A DNA stretch of 64,000 nucleotides from the human T2T-CHM13v2.0 reference genome, Homo sapiens: NCBI RefSeq assembly GCF_009914755.1, contig NC_060948.1, one strand, 5' to 3'. This document shows, in pieces, positions 14,343 through 28,606 of this stretch. The position numbers were made by a program, and so were the translations under genes. Under the pieces are notes generated by a model. It was not told where the DNA came from. It saw nothing but the letters and a program-made list of their open reading frames with translations, and made no database searches. Numbering within the stretch: the stretch's first letter is position 1; every line of letters begins with the position of its first letter.

Positions 14343-17300
14343 GAATTCATTGGAATGGAAGGGAATGTAGTGTAATGGACAGGCCTGGAATAAAGTGGAA
14401 TGCTACGGTCTCGAATGGAATAAAAATGTATGGAATGGAATGCAATGAAACGGAATCGAATGTCATAGAATGTAATGGAATGCAAAAAAATGGAATCCAA
14501 AATCATTGACTGGAAAGGCTGGGTGTCGAAAGGAATTGACTCCAATGGAATGGAATCGAATGGAATGGAAGTGAATAGAATCGAACTAAATCGAATGGAA
14601 TGGAATTGATAGGAACGGAATGGAAAGGAATGCAATGATTTGGCATGGAATGGAATCGAATGGCATCGAATGGAATGGAATGGAATGCAATGGAATGGAA
14701 TGTATTAGAATGTAATGAACTTTAATGGAATGTACTCGAATGGATTCGACTGGAATGGAATGTTCTGGAAGTGAATGGACTCCAATGGAATGGATTCAAA
14801 AGGAATGGAATCGTACGGAATGGAATCTAATGGAATGGAATTAAATGGAAATGAATCAAATTGAATAGCACGGAATTGAATTGAATGGAATGGAATGCAA
14901 TGGAATCTAATGAAACGGAAAGGAAAGGAATGGAATGGAATGGAATGGGCTGGAATGGAAAGGAATCGAAACGAATGGAATGGAATCGAACTGAAGAGAC
15001 TGGAATGGAATGCACTGGAATGGAAGGGAGTGTAATGGAAGGTTGTCGAAAAAAATGGAATCGAATGGAATGGAATTGAATGGAACGGAATAGAGTCGAA
15101 TGGAATTGAATGGAATGGAATGGACTAGAGTGAAATGGAATCGAACCACAAGGAATGGACAGGAATAGAATGGTCTCGAATTGAATGGAATCGTATGGAA
15201 TGGCATCAAACGGAATGGAATGGACAGCCACGGAATGGAATGCACTCGAATGCAATGGAGTCGAAACTAATGGACTGGAATAGAATGGACTCGACTGGTA
15301 CGGACTCCAATGGAATGGAATCGAATGGAAGGGAATCGAACGGAATGGACTCGAAGGGAAAAGACTGCAATGGAAAGGTCTCGAATGGAATGGAAATTAA
15401 TGGAATGGAATGGAATCGAATGAAATGGAGTCAAAAGGAATGGAATCGAATGGCAAGAAATCGAATGTAATGGAATCGCAAGGAATTGATGTGAACGGAA
15501 CGGAATGGAATGGAATCCAAAGGAATGGAATAGAATGGAATGGAATCGAATGGAAAGGACTCGAATGGAAATCACTCGAATAGAATGCAATTTAATAAAA
15601 TAGGATCAAATGTAATGGAATGGAATGGAAAGGAATCGAAACGAAAGGAATGGAGACAGATGGAATGGAATGGAACAGAGAGCAATGGTATAGAATGGAA
15701 TGGAATCATCTGGAATGGAATTGAATGGAATGGAATAATATGAAATGGAATGGAATGGAATGGAATGGAATGGAATGGAATGCCCTTGAATTAAATGGAC
15801 TGGAATGGAATGGACTCGAACAGAGTGGAATGGAAAGTGTTGAGATAGAATGCAATGGACTCCTTCGGAATGGTCTAGTATGCAATGCAATCGACTGGCA
15901 GGGAATCAAAAGGAATGTAATCGAATGGATTGGACTGGAATGCAGTGGACTCGAATAGATTGGAAACGGAATGCAAAGGAATGGAATGGAATAGTATGGA
16001 ATGGAATGGAAAGGAATGGAGTGGAATAGACTAGAGTGGAATGGAATGGACTGGAAAGCAATGGACTGGAATGGAACTTTCTTGAATGGACTGGAATCAA
16101 ACGGAATGGAATGCAATGCAATCAAATGGCATGGAATAAAATAGAATGAAAGAGAATCAAATGGAATTGAATCGAATGGAATCGAATGGATTGGAAAGGA
16201 ATAGAATGGAATGGAATGGAATTGACTCAAATGGAATGGACTAGAATGGAATGGATTCGAATGGAAGGCAAAGGAATGGAATCTATTGGAATGGACTGTA
16301 ATGGAATGGAATGGAAGGGATTGGAATGGACTCGAATGGAATGGACTGCAATAGAAAGGATTCGAATGGAATGAAAAAGAATTGAATGGAATAGAACAGA
16401 ATGGAATCAAATCGAATGAAATGGAATGGAATAGAAAGGAATGGAATGAAATGGAATGGAAAGGATTCGAATGGAATGCAATCGAATGGAATGGAATCGA
16501 ACGGAATGGAATAAAATGGAAGAAAACTGGCAAGAAATGGAATCGAAATGAATGGAGTGTTATGGAACGGACTCAAAAGGAATTGAATGTAATAGAATGG
16601 AGTGGAGTGGACTCGAATATAATGGACTGGAATGGAATGAAATCACATGGAATGGGAACGAATGGAATGGAATGGAAAGGAATGGAATCGAATGGAAAGG
16701 AATCGAATGGAAGGGAATGAAATTGAATCAACAGGAATGGAAGGGAATAGAATACACGGTAATGGAATGGACTCGAATAGAATGGACACGAATGCTCAAA
16801 TTGAATGGACTCCAATGGAATGGAAACGAAAGGAATGTCATCGAATAGAATTGAATTGACTGGAATGAAATCGCAAGAATGGAGTGGAATCAAATGGAAT
16901 TGAATCGAAAGGAAAGGAAGCGAATGGACTGAAATGAAATGGAATGGAATTGAATGGAAAGTAATGCAATGGAATAGAATGGAACGAAATTTCACGGAAT
17001 GGAATCAAACTGAAAGGAATCAAATCAATGGAATCTAATCAAATGGAATGGAAAGGATTTGAATGGAGTAGATTGGATTGGATGGGATTGGAGTGAAATG
17101 TACTGGAAAGGACTCGAATTTCATGAAACGGAATGGAATGAATTGGAACGGAATGGACTCGAATGGAATGGAATGTCATGGAATGGCATCAAATGGAATG
17201 GCATCAAATGGAATGGAATCGAATGCAATGGAATGCTATGGAATGGAATGGAATGCATTGGAATGGAATGTCCTCTAATGGAATGGATTCGAGTGGAATG

Positions 17301-17920
17301 GAATCGAATATAATGGAGTCGAATGAAATGGAATTGAAAGGAATGGGATCGAATACAATGGAATATGCTGGAATGTAATGTAATGAACTCGAATGTAATT
17401 GACTGGAATGGAATGTACATGAATGGAATGTAATCGAATGGAAAGTAATCCAATGGAATAGAATCTAATGCAATAAAATCGACTCAGATAGAGTAGAATG
17501 TAATGGAATGGAGTGCAGTACAATGGAATGGAATGGAATGCAATGGAATGGAATGGAATGGAATGGAATGGAATGGAATGGAATGGGATGGAATGGGATG
17601 GAATGGTATGGAATGGATAGTAATGGACTGGAGTGAAATGGACTGGAAAGGAATGGACTCAAATTGAAAGGGCTCGAAAGGAATGGAGTCAAATGGAATG
17701 GTCTGGAATGGAATGAACACGAATGTAATGCAATCCAATAGAATGGAATCGAATGGCATGGAATATAAAGAAATGGAATCGAAGAGAATGGAAACAAATG
17801 GAATGGAATTGAATGGAATGGAATTGAATGGAATGGGAACGAATGGAGTGAAATTGTATGCAGTAGAAGGGAATAGAATGGAATGCAAGCGAAAGGAAAG
17901 GAATGGATTGGAATGGAATG
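14343..17920 (+). repeat. DYZ1 unit U5 (3578 bp)
   Basis: Landmark spacing 14509 to 18087; 1-bp deletion TCGCA-AGAAT at ~16875. Confidence 0.92.
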
Positions 17921-20900
17921 GAATTCATTGGAATGGAAGGGAATGTAGTGTAATGGACAGGCCTGGAATAAAGTGGAATGCTACGGTCTCGAATGGAATA
18001 AAAATGTATGGAATGGAATGCAATGAAACGGAATCGAATGTCATAGAATGTAATGGAATGCAAAAAAATGGAATCCAAAATCATTGACTGGAAAGGCTGG
18101 GTGTCGAAAGGAATTGACTCCAATGGTATGGAATCGAATGGAATGGAAGTGAATAGAATCGAACTAAATCGAATGGAATGGAATTGATAGGAACGGAATG
18201 GAAAGGAATGCAATGAATTGGCATGGAATGGAATCGAATGGCATCGAATGGAATGGAATGGAATGCAATGGAATGGAATGTATTAGAATGTAATGAACTT
18301 TAATGGAATGTACTCGAATGGATTCGACTGGAATGGAATGTTCTGGAAGTGAATGGACTCCAATGGAATGGATTCAAAAGGAATGGAATCGTACGGAATG
18401 GAATCTAATGGAATGGAATTAAATGGAAATGAATCAAATTGAATAGCACGGAATTGAATTGAATGGAATGGAATGCAATGGAATCTAATGAAACGGAAAG
18501 GAAAGGAATGGAATGGAATGGAATGGGCTGGAATGGAAAGGAATCGAAACGAATGGAATGGAATCGAACTGAAGAGACTGGAATGGAATGCACTGGAATG
18601 GAAGGGAGTGTAATGGAAGGTTCTCGAAAAAAATGGAATCGAATGGAATGGAATTGAATGGAACGGAATAGAGTCGAATGGAATTGAATGGAATGGAATG
18701 GACTAGAGTGAAATGGAATCGAACCACAAGGAATGGACAGGAATAGAATGGTCTCGAATTGAATGGAATCGTATGGAATGGCATCAAACGGAATGGAATG
18801 GACAGCCACGGAATGGAATGCACTCGAATGCAATGGAGTCGAAACTAATGGACTGGAATAGAATGGACTCGACTGGTACGGACTCCAATGGAATGGAATC
18901 GAATGGAAGGGAATCGAACGGAATGGACTCGAAGGGAAAAGACTGCAATGGAAAGGTCTCGAATGGAATGGAAATTAATGGAATGGAATGGAATCGAATG
19001 AAATGGAGTCAAAAGGAATGGAATCGAATGGCAAGAAATCGAATGTAATGGAATCGCAAGGAATTGATGTGAACGGAACGGAATGGAATGGAATCCAAAG
19101 GAATGGAATAGAATGGAATGGAATCGAATGGAAAGGACTCGAATGGAAATCACTCGAATAGAATGCAATTTAATAAAATAGGATCAAATGTAATGGAATG
19201 GAATGGAAAGGAATCGAAACGAAAGGAATGGAGACAGATGGAATGGAATGGAACAGAGAGCAATGGTATAGAATGGAATGGAATCATCTGGAATGGAATT
19301 GAATGGAATGGAATAATATGAAATGGAATGGAATGGAATGGAATGGAATGCCCTTGAATTAAATGGACTGGAATGGAATGGACTCGAACAGAGTGGAATG
19401 GAAAGTGTTGAGATAGAATGGAATGGACTCCTTTGGAATGGTGTAGTATGCAATGCAATCGACTGGCAGGGAATCAAAAGGAATGTAATGGAATGGATTG
19501 GACTGGAATGCAATGGACTCGAATAGATTGGAAACGGAATGCAAAGGAATGGAATGGAATAGTATGGAATGGAATGGAAAGGAATGGAGTGGAATAGACT
19601 AGAGTGGAATGGAATGGACTGGAAAGCAATGGACTGGAATGGAACTTTCTTGAATGGACTGGAATCAAACGGAATGGAATGCAATGCAATCAAATGGCAT
19701 GGAATAAAATAGAATGAAAGAGAATCAAATGGAATTGAATCGAATGGAATCGAATGGATTGGAAAGGAATAGAATGGAATGGAATGGAATTGACTCAAAT
19801 GGAATGGACTAGAATGGAATGGATTCGAATGGAAGGCAAAGGAATGGAATCTATTGGAATGGACTGTAATGGAATGGAATGGAAGGGATTGGAATGGACT
19901 CGAATGGAATGGACTGCAATAGAAAGGATTCGAATGGAATGAAAAAGAATTGAATGGAATAGAACAGAATGGAATCAAATCGAATGAAATGGAATGGAAT
20001 AGAAAGGAATGGAATGAAATGGAATGGAAAGGATTCGAATGGAATGCAATCGAATGGAATGGAATCGAACGGAATGGAATAAAATGGAAGAAAACTGGCA
20101 AGAAATGGAATCGAAATGAATGGAGTGTTATGGAACGGACTCAAAAGGAATTGAATGTAATAGAATGGAGTGGAGTGGACTCGAATATAATGGACTGGAA
20201 TGGAATGAAATCACATGGAATGGGAACGAATGGAATGGAATGGAAAGGAATGGAATCGAATGGAAAGGAATCGAATGGAAGGGAATGAAATTGAATCAAC
20301 AGGAATGGAAGGGAATAGAATAGACGGTAATGGAATGGACTCGAATAGAATGGACACGAATGCTGAAATTGAATGGACTCGAATGGAATGGAAACGAAAG
20401 GAATGTCATCGAATGGAATTGAATCGATTGGAATGAAATCGCATAGAATGGAGTGGAATCAAATGGAATTGAATCGAAAGGAAAGGAAGCGAATGGACTG
20501 AAATGAAATGGAATGGAATTGAATGGAAAGTAATGCAATGGAATAGAATGGAATGAAATTTCACGGAATGGAATCAAACTGAATGGAATCAAATCAATGG
20601 AATCAAATCAAATGGAATGGAAAGGAATTGAATGGAGTAGATTGGATTCGATGGGATTGGAATGAAATGTACTGGAAAGGACTCGAATTTCATGAAACGG
20701 AATGGAATGAATTGGAACGGAATGGACTCGAATGGAATGGAATGTCATGGAATGGCATCAAATGGAATGGCATCAAATGGAATGGAATCGAATGCAATGG
20801 AATGCTATGGAATCGAATGGAATGCATTGGAATGGAATGTCCTCTAATGGAATGGATTCGAGTGGAATGGAATCGAATATAATGGAGTCGAATGAAATGG

Positions 20901-21504
20901 AATTGAAAGGAGTGGGATCGAATACAATGGAATATACTGGAATGTAATGTAATGAACTCGAATGTAATTGACTGGAATGGAATGTACATGAATGGAATGT
21001 AATCGAATGGAAAGTAATCCAATGGAATAGAATCTAATGCAATAAAACCGACTCAGATAGAGTAGAATGTAATGGAATGGAGTGCAGTGCAATGGAATGG
21101 AATGGAATGGAATGGAATGCAATGGAATGGAATGGAATGGAATGGAATGGAATGGAATGGAATTGAATGGAATGGAATGGGATGGAATGGGATGGAATGG
21201 ATAGTAATGGACTGGAGTGAAATGGACTGGAAAGGAATGGACTCAAATTGAAAGGGCTCGAAAGGAATGGAGTCAAATGGAATGGTCTGGAATGGAATGA
21301 ACACGAATGTAATGCAATCCAATAGAATGGAATCGAATGGCATGGAATATAAAGAAATGGAATCGAAGAGAATGGAAACAAATGGAATGGAATTGAATGG
21401 AATGGAATTGAATGGAATGGGAACGAATGGAGTGAAATTGTATGCAGTAGAAGGGAATAGAATGGAATGCAAGCGAAAGGAAAGGAATGGATTGGAATGG
21501 AATG
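17921..21504 (+). repeat. DYZ1 unit U6 (3584 bp)
   Basis: Landmark spacing 18087 to 21671. Confidence 0.92.
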
Positions 21505-24500
21505 GAATTCATTGGAATGGAAGGGAATGTAGTGTAATGGACAGGCCTGGAATAAAGTGGAATGCTACGGTCTCGAATGGAATAAAAATGTATGGAATGG
21601 AATGCAATGAAACGGAATCGAATGTCATAGAATGTAATGGAATGCAAAAAAATGGAATCCAAAATCATTGACTGGAAAGGCTGGGTGTCGAAAGGAATTG
21701 ACTCCAATGGAATGGAATCGAATGGAATGGAAGTGAATAGAATCGAACTAAATCGAATGGAATGGAATTGATAGGAACGGAATGGAAAGGAATGCAATGA
21801 TTTGGCATGGAATGGAATCGAATGGCATCGAATGGAATGGAATGGAATGCAATGGAATGGAATGTATTAGAATGTAATGAACTTTAATGGAATGTACTCG
21901 AATGGATTCGACTGGAATGGAATGTTCTGGAAGTGAATGGACTCCAATGGAATGGATTCAAAAGGAATGGAATCGTACGGAATGGAATCTAATGGAATGG
22001 AATTAAATGGAAATGAATCAAATTGAATAGCACGGAATTGAATTGAATGGAATGGAATGCAATGGAATCTAATGAAACGGAAAGGAAAGGAATGGAATGG
22101 AATGGAATGGGCTGGAATGGAAAGGAATCGAAACGAATGGAATGGAATCGAACTGAAGAGACTGGAATGGAATGCACTGGAATGGAAGGGAGTGTAACGG
22201 AAGGTTCTCGAAAAAAATGGAATCGAATGGAATGGAATTGAATGGAACGGAATAGAGTCGAATGGAATTGAATGGAATGGAATGGACTAGAGTGAAATGG
22301 AATCGAACCACAAGGAATGGACAGGAATAGAATGGTCTCGAATTGAATGGAATCGTATGGAATGGCATCAAACGGAATGGAATGGACAGCCACGGAATGG
22401 AATGCACTCGAATGCAATGGAGTCGAAACTAATGGACTGGAATAGAATGGACTCGACTGGTACGGACTCCAATGGAATGGAATCGAATGGAAGGGAATCG
22501 AACGGAATGGACTCGAAGGGAAAAGACTGCAATGGAAAGGTCTCGAATGGAATGGAATGGAATCGAATGAAATGGAGTCAAAAGGAATGGAATCGAATGG
22601 CAAGAAATCGAATGTAATGGAATCGCAAGGAATTGATGTGAACGGAACGGAATGGAATGGAATCCAAAGGAATGGAATAGAATGGAATGGAATCGAATGG
22701 AAAGGACTCGAATGGAAATCACTCGAATAGAATGCAATTTAATAAAATAGGATCAAATGTAATGGAATGGAATGGAAAGGAATCGAAACGAAAGGAATGG
22801 AGACAGATGGAATGGAATGGAACAGAGAGCAATGGTATAGAATGGAATGGAATCATCTGGAATGGAATTGAATGGAATGGAATAATATGAAATGGAATGG
22901 AATGGAATGGAATGGAATGGAATGGAATGGAATGCCCTTGAATTAAATGGACTGGAATAGAATGGACTCGAACAGAGTGGAATGGATAGTGTTGAGATAG
23001 AATGCAATGGACTCCTTCGGAATGGTGTAGTATGCAATGCAATCGACTGGCAGGGAATCAAAAGGAATGTAATCGAATGGATTGGACTGGAATGCAGTGG
23101 ACTCGAATAGATTGGAAACGGAATGCAAAGGAATGGAATGGAATAGTATGGAATGGAATGGAAAGGAATGGAGTGGAATAGACTAGAGTGGAATGGAATG
23201 GACTGGAAAGCAATGGACTGGAATGGAACTTTCTTGAATGGACTGGAATCGAACGGAATGGAATGCAATGCAATCAAATGGCATGGAATAAAATAGAATG
23301 AAAGAGAATCAAATGGAATTGAATCGAATGGAATCGAATGGATTGGAAAGGAATAGAATGGAATGGAATGGAATTGACTCAAATAGAATGGACTAGAATG
23401 GAATGGATTCGAATGGAAGGCAAAGGAATGGAATCTATTGGAATGGACTGTAATGGAATGGAATGGAAGGGATTGGAATGGACTCGAATGGAATGGACTG
23501 CAATAGAAAGGATTCGAATGGAATGAAAAAGAATTGAACGGAATAGAACAGAATGGAATCAAATCGAATGAAATGGAATGGAATAGAAAGGAATGGAATG
23601 AAATGGAATGGAAAGGATTCGAATGGAATGCAATCGAATGGAATGGAATCGAACGGAATGGAATAAAATGGAAGAAAACTGGCAAGAAATGGAATAGAAA
23701 TGAATGGAGTTTTATGGAACGGACTCAAAAGGAATTGAATGTAATAGAATGGAGTGGAGTGGACTCGAATATAATGGACTGGAATGGAATGAAATCACAT
23801 GGAATGGGAACGAATGGAATGGAATGGAAAGGAATGGAATCGAATGGAAAGGAATCGAATGGAAGGGAATGAAATTGAATCAACAGGAATGGAAGGGAAT
23901 AGAATAGACGGTAATGGAATGGACTCGAATAGAATGGACACGAATGCTCAAATTGAATGGACTCCAATGGAATGGAAACGAAAGGAGTGTCATCGAATAG
24001 AATTGAATCGATTGGAATGAAATCGCAAGAATGGAGTGGAATCAAATGGAATTGAATCGAAAGGAAAGGAAGCGAATGGACTGAAATGAAATGGAATGGA
24101 ATTGAATGGAAAGTAATGCAATGGAATAGAATGGAACGAAATTTCACGGAATGGAATCAAACTGAAAGGAATCAAATCAATGGAATCTAATCAAATGGAA
24201 TGGAAAGGAATTGAATGTAGTAGATTGGATTGGATGGGATTGGAGTGAAATGTACTGGAAAGGACTCGAATTTCATGAAACGGAATGGAATGAATTGGAA
24301 CGGAATGGACTCGAATGGAATGGAATGTCATGGAATGGCATCAAATGGAATGGCATCAAATGGAATGGAATCGAATGCAATGGAATGCTATGGAATGGAA
24401 TGGAATGCATTGGAATGGAATGTCCTCTAATGGAATGGATTCGAGTGGAATGGAATCGAATATAATGGAGTCGAATGAAATGGAATTGAAAGGAATGGGA

Positions 24501-25082
24501 TCGAATACAATGGAATATACTGGAATGAAATGTAATGAACTCGAATGTAATTGACTGGAATGGAATGTACATGAATGGAATGTAATCGAATGGAAGGTAA
24601 TCCAAAGGAATAGAATCTAATGCAATAAAATCGACTCAGATAGAGTAGAATGTAATGGAATGGAGTGCAGTACAATGGAATGGAATGGAATGCAATGGAA
24701 TGGAATGGAATGGAATGGAATGGAATGGAATGGAATGGAATGGAATGGGATGGAATGGGATGGAATGGTATGGAATGGATAGTAATGGACTGGAGTGAAA
24801 TGGACTGGAAAGGAATGGACTCAAATTGAAAGGGCTCGAAAGGAATGGAGTCAAATGGAATGGTCTGGAATGGAATGAACACGAATGTAATGCAATCCAA
24901 TAGAATGGAATCGAATGGCATGGAATATAAAGAAATGGAATCGAAGAGAATGGAAACAAATGGAATGGAATTGAATGGAATGGAATTGAATGGAATGGGA
25001 ACGAATGGAGTGAAATTGTATGCAGTAGAAGGGAATAGAATGGAATGCAAGCGAAAGGAAAGGAATGGATTGGAATGGAATG
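21505..25082 (+). repeat. DYZ1 unit U7 (3578 bp)
   Basis: Landmark spacing 21671 to 25249; same 1-bp deletion as U5 at ~24027. Confidence 0.92.
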
Positions 25083-28000
25083 GAATTCATTGGAATGGAA
25101 GGGAATGTAGTGTAATGGACAGGCCTGGAATAAAGTGGAATGCTACGGTCTCGAATGGAATAAAAATGTATGGAATGGAATGCAATGAAACGGAATCGAA
25201 TGTCATAGAATGTAATGGAATGCAAAAAAATGGAATCCAAAATCATTGACTGGAAAGGCTGGGTGTCGAAAGGAATTGACTCCAATGGTATGGAATCGAA
25301 TGGAATGGAAGTGAATAGAATCGAACTAAATCGAATGGAATGGAATTGATAGGAACGGAATGGAAAGGAATGCAATGATTTGGCATGGAATGGAATCGAA
25401 TGGCATCGAATGGAATGGAATGGAATGCAATGGAATGGAATGTATTAGAATGTAATGAACTTTAATGGAATGTACTCGAATGGATTCGACTGGAATGGAA
25501 TGTTCTGGAAGTGAATGGACTCCAATGGAATGGATTCCAAAGGAATGGAATCGTACGGAATGGAATCTAATGGAATGGAATTAAATGGAAATGAATCAAA
25601 TTGAATAGCACGGAATTGAATTGAATGGAATGGAATGCAATGGAATCTAATGAAACGGAAAGGAAAGGAATGGAATGGAATGGAATGGGCTGGAATGGAA
25701 AGGAATCGAAACGAATGGAATGGAATCGAAATGAAGAGACTGGAATGGAATGCACTGGAATGGAAGGGAGTGTAATGGAAGGTTCTCGAAAAAAATGGAA
25801 TCGAATGGAATGGAATTGAATGGAACGGAATAGAGTCGAATGGAATTGAATGGAATGGAATGGACTAGAGTGAAATGGAATCGAACCACAAGGAATGGAC
25901 AGGAATAGAATGGTCTCGAATTGAATGGAATCGTATGGAATGGCATCAAACGGAATGGAATGGACAGCCACGGAATGGAATGCACTCGAATGCAATGGAG
26001 TCGAAACTAATGGACTGGAATAGAATGGACTCGACTGGTACGGACTCCAATGGAATGGAATCGAATGGAAGGGAATCGAACGGAATGGACTCGAAGGGAA
26101 AAGACTGCAATGGAAAGGTCTCGAATGGAATGGAATGGAATCGAATGAAATGGAGTCAAAAGGAATGGAATCGAATGGCAAGAAATCGAATGTAATGGAA
26201 TCGCAAGGAATTGATGTGAACGGAACGGAATGGAATGGAATCCAAAGGAATGGAATAGAATGGAATGGAATCGAATGGAAAGGACTCGAATGGAAATCAC
26301 TCGAATAGAATGCAATTTAATAAAATAGGATCAAATGTAATGGAATGGAATGGAAAGGAATCGAAACGAAAGGAATGGAGACAGATGGAATGGAATGGAA
26401 CACAGAGCAATGGTATAGAATGGAATGGAATCATCTGGAATGGAATTGAATGGAATGGAATAATATGAAATGGAATGGAATGGAATGGAATGGAATGCCC
26501 TTGAATTAAATGGACTGGAATGGAATGGACTCGAACAGAGTGGAATGGAAAGTGTTGAGATAGAATGGAATGGACTCCTTTGGAATGGTCTAGTATGCAA
26601 TGCAATCGACTGGCAGGGAATCAAAAGGAATGTAATGGAATGGATTGGACTGGAATGCAATGGACTCGAATAGATTGGAAACGGAATGCAAAGGAATGGA
26701 ATGGAATAGTATGGAATGGAATGGAAAGGAATGGAGTGGAATAGACTAGAGTGGAATGGAATGGACTGGAAAGCAATGGACTGGAATGGAACTTTCTTGA
26801 ATGGACTGGAATCAAACGGAATGGAATGCAATGCAATCAAATGGCATGGAATAAAATAGAATGAAAGAGAATCAAATGGAATTGAATCGAATGGAATCGA
26901 ATGGATTGGAAAGGAATAGAATGGAATGGAATGGAATGGACTAGAATGGAATGGATTCGAATGGAAGGCAAAGGAATGGAATCTATTGGAATGGACTGTA
27001 ATGGAATGGAATGGAAGGGATTGGAATGGATTCGAATGGAATGGACTGCAATAGAAAGGATTCGAATGGAATGAAAAAGAATTGAATGGAATAGAACAGA
27101 ATGGAATCAAATCGAATGAAATGGAATGGAATAGAAAGGAATGGAATGAAATGGAATGGAAAGGATTCGAATGGAATGCAATCGAATGGAATGGAATCGA
27201 ACGGAATGGAATAAAATGGAAGAAAACTGGCAAGAAATGGAATCGAAATGAATGGAGTGTTATGGAACGGACTCAAAAGGAATTGAATGTAATAGAATGG
27301 AGTGGAGTGGACTCGAATATAATGGACTGGAATGGAATGAAATCACATGGAATGGGAACGAATGGAATGGAATGGAAAGGAATGGAATCGAATGGAAAGG
27401 AAACGAACGGAAGGGAATGAAATTGAATCAACAGGAATGGAAGGGAATAGAATAGACGGTAATGGAATGGACTCGAATAGAATGGACACGAATGCTGAAA
27501 TCGAATGGACTCGAATGGAATGGAAACGAAAGGAATGTCATCGAATGGAATTGAATCGATTGGAATGAAATCGCATAGAATGGAGTGGAATCAAATGGAA
27601 TTGAATCGAAAGGAAAGGAAGCGAATGGACTGAAATGAAATGGAATGGAATTGAATGGAAAGTAATGCAATGGAATAGAATGGAACGAAATTTCACGGAA
27701 TGGAATCAAACTGAATGGAATCAAATCAATGGAATCAAATCAAATGTAATGGAAAGGAATTGAATGGAGTAGATTGGATTGGATGGGATTGGAATGAAAT
27801 GTACTGGAAAGGACTCGAATTTCATGAAACGGAATGGAATGAATTGGAACGGAATGGACTCGAATGGAATGGAATGTCATGGAATGGCATCAAATGGAAT
27901 GGTATCAAATGGAATGGAATCGAATGCAATGGAATGCTATGGAATGGAATGGAATGCATTGGAATGGAATGTCCTCTAATGGAATGGATTCGAGTGGAAT

Positions 28001-28606
28001 GGAATCGAATATAATGGAGTCGAATGAAATGGAATTGAAAGGAATGGGATCGAATACAATGGAATATACTGGAATGTAATGTAATGAACTCGAATGTAAT
28101 TGGCTGGAATGGAATGTACATGAATGGAATGTAATCGAATGGAAAGTAATCCAATGGAATAGAATCTAATGCAATAAAATCGACTCAGATAGAGTAGAAT
28201 GTAATGGAATGGAGTGTAGTGCAATGGAATGGAATGGAATGGAATGCAATTGAATGGAATGGAATGGAATGGAATGGAATGGGATGGAATGGTATGGAAT
28301 GGATAGTAATGGACTGGAGTGAAATGGACTGGAAAGGAATGGACTCAAATTGAAAGGGCTCGAAAGGAATGGAGTCAAATGGAATGGTCTGGAATGGAAT
28401 GAACACGAATGTAATGCAATCCGATAGAATGGAATCGAATGGCATGGAATATAAAGAAATGGAATCGAAGAGAATGGAAACAAATGGAATGGAATTGAAT
28501 GGAATGGAATTGAATGGAATGCGAACGAATGGAGTGAAATTGTATGCAGTAGAAGGGAATAGAATGGAATGCAAGCGAAAGGAAAGGAATGGATTGGAAT
28601 GGAATG
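25083..28606 (+). repeat. DYZ1 unit U8 (3524 bp, shortest)
   Basis: Landmark spacing 25249 to 28773; 15-bp deletions at ~26130 and ~26935. Confidence 0.92.
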
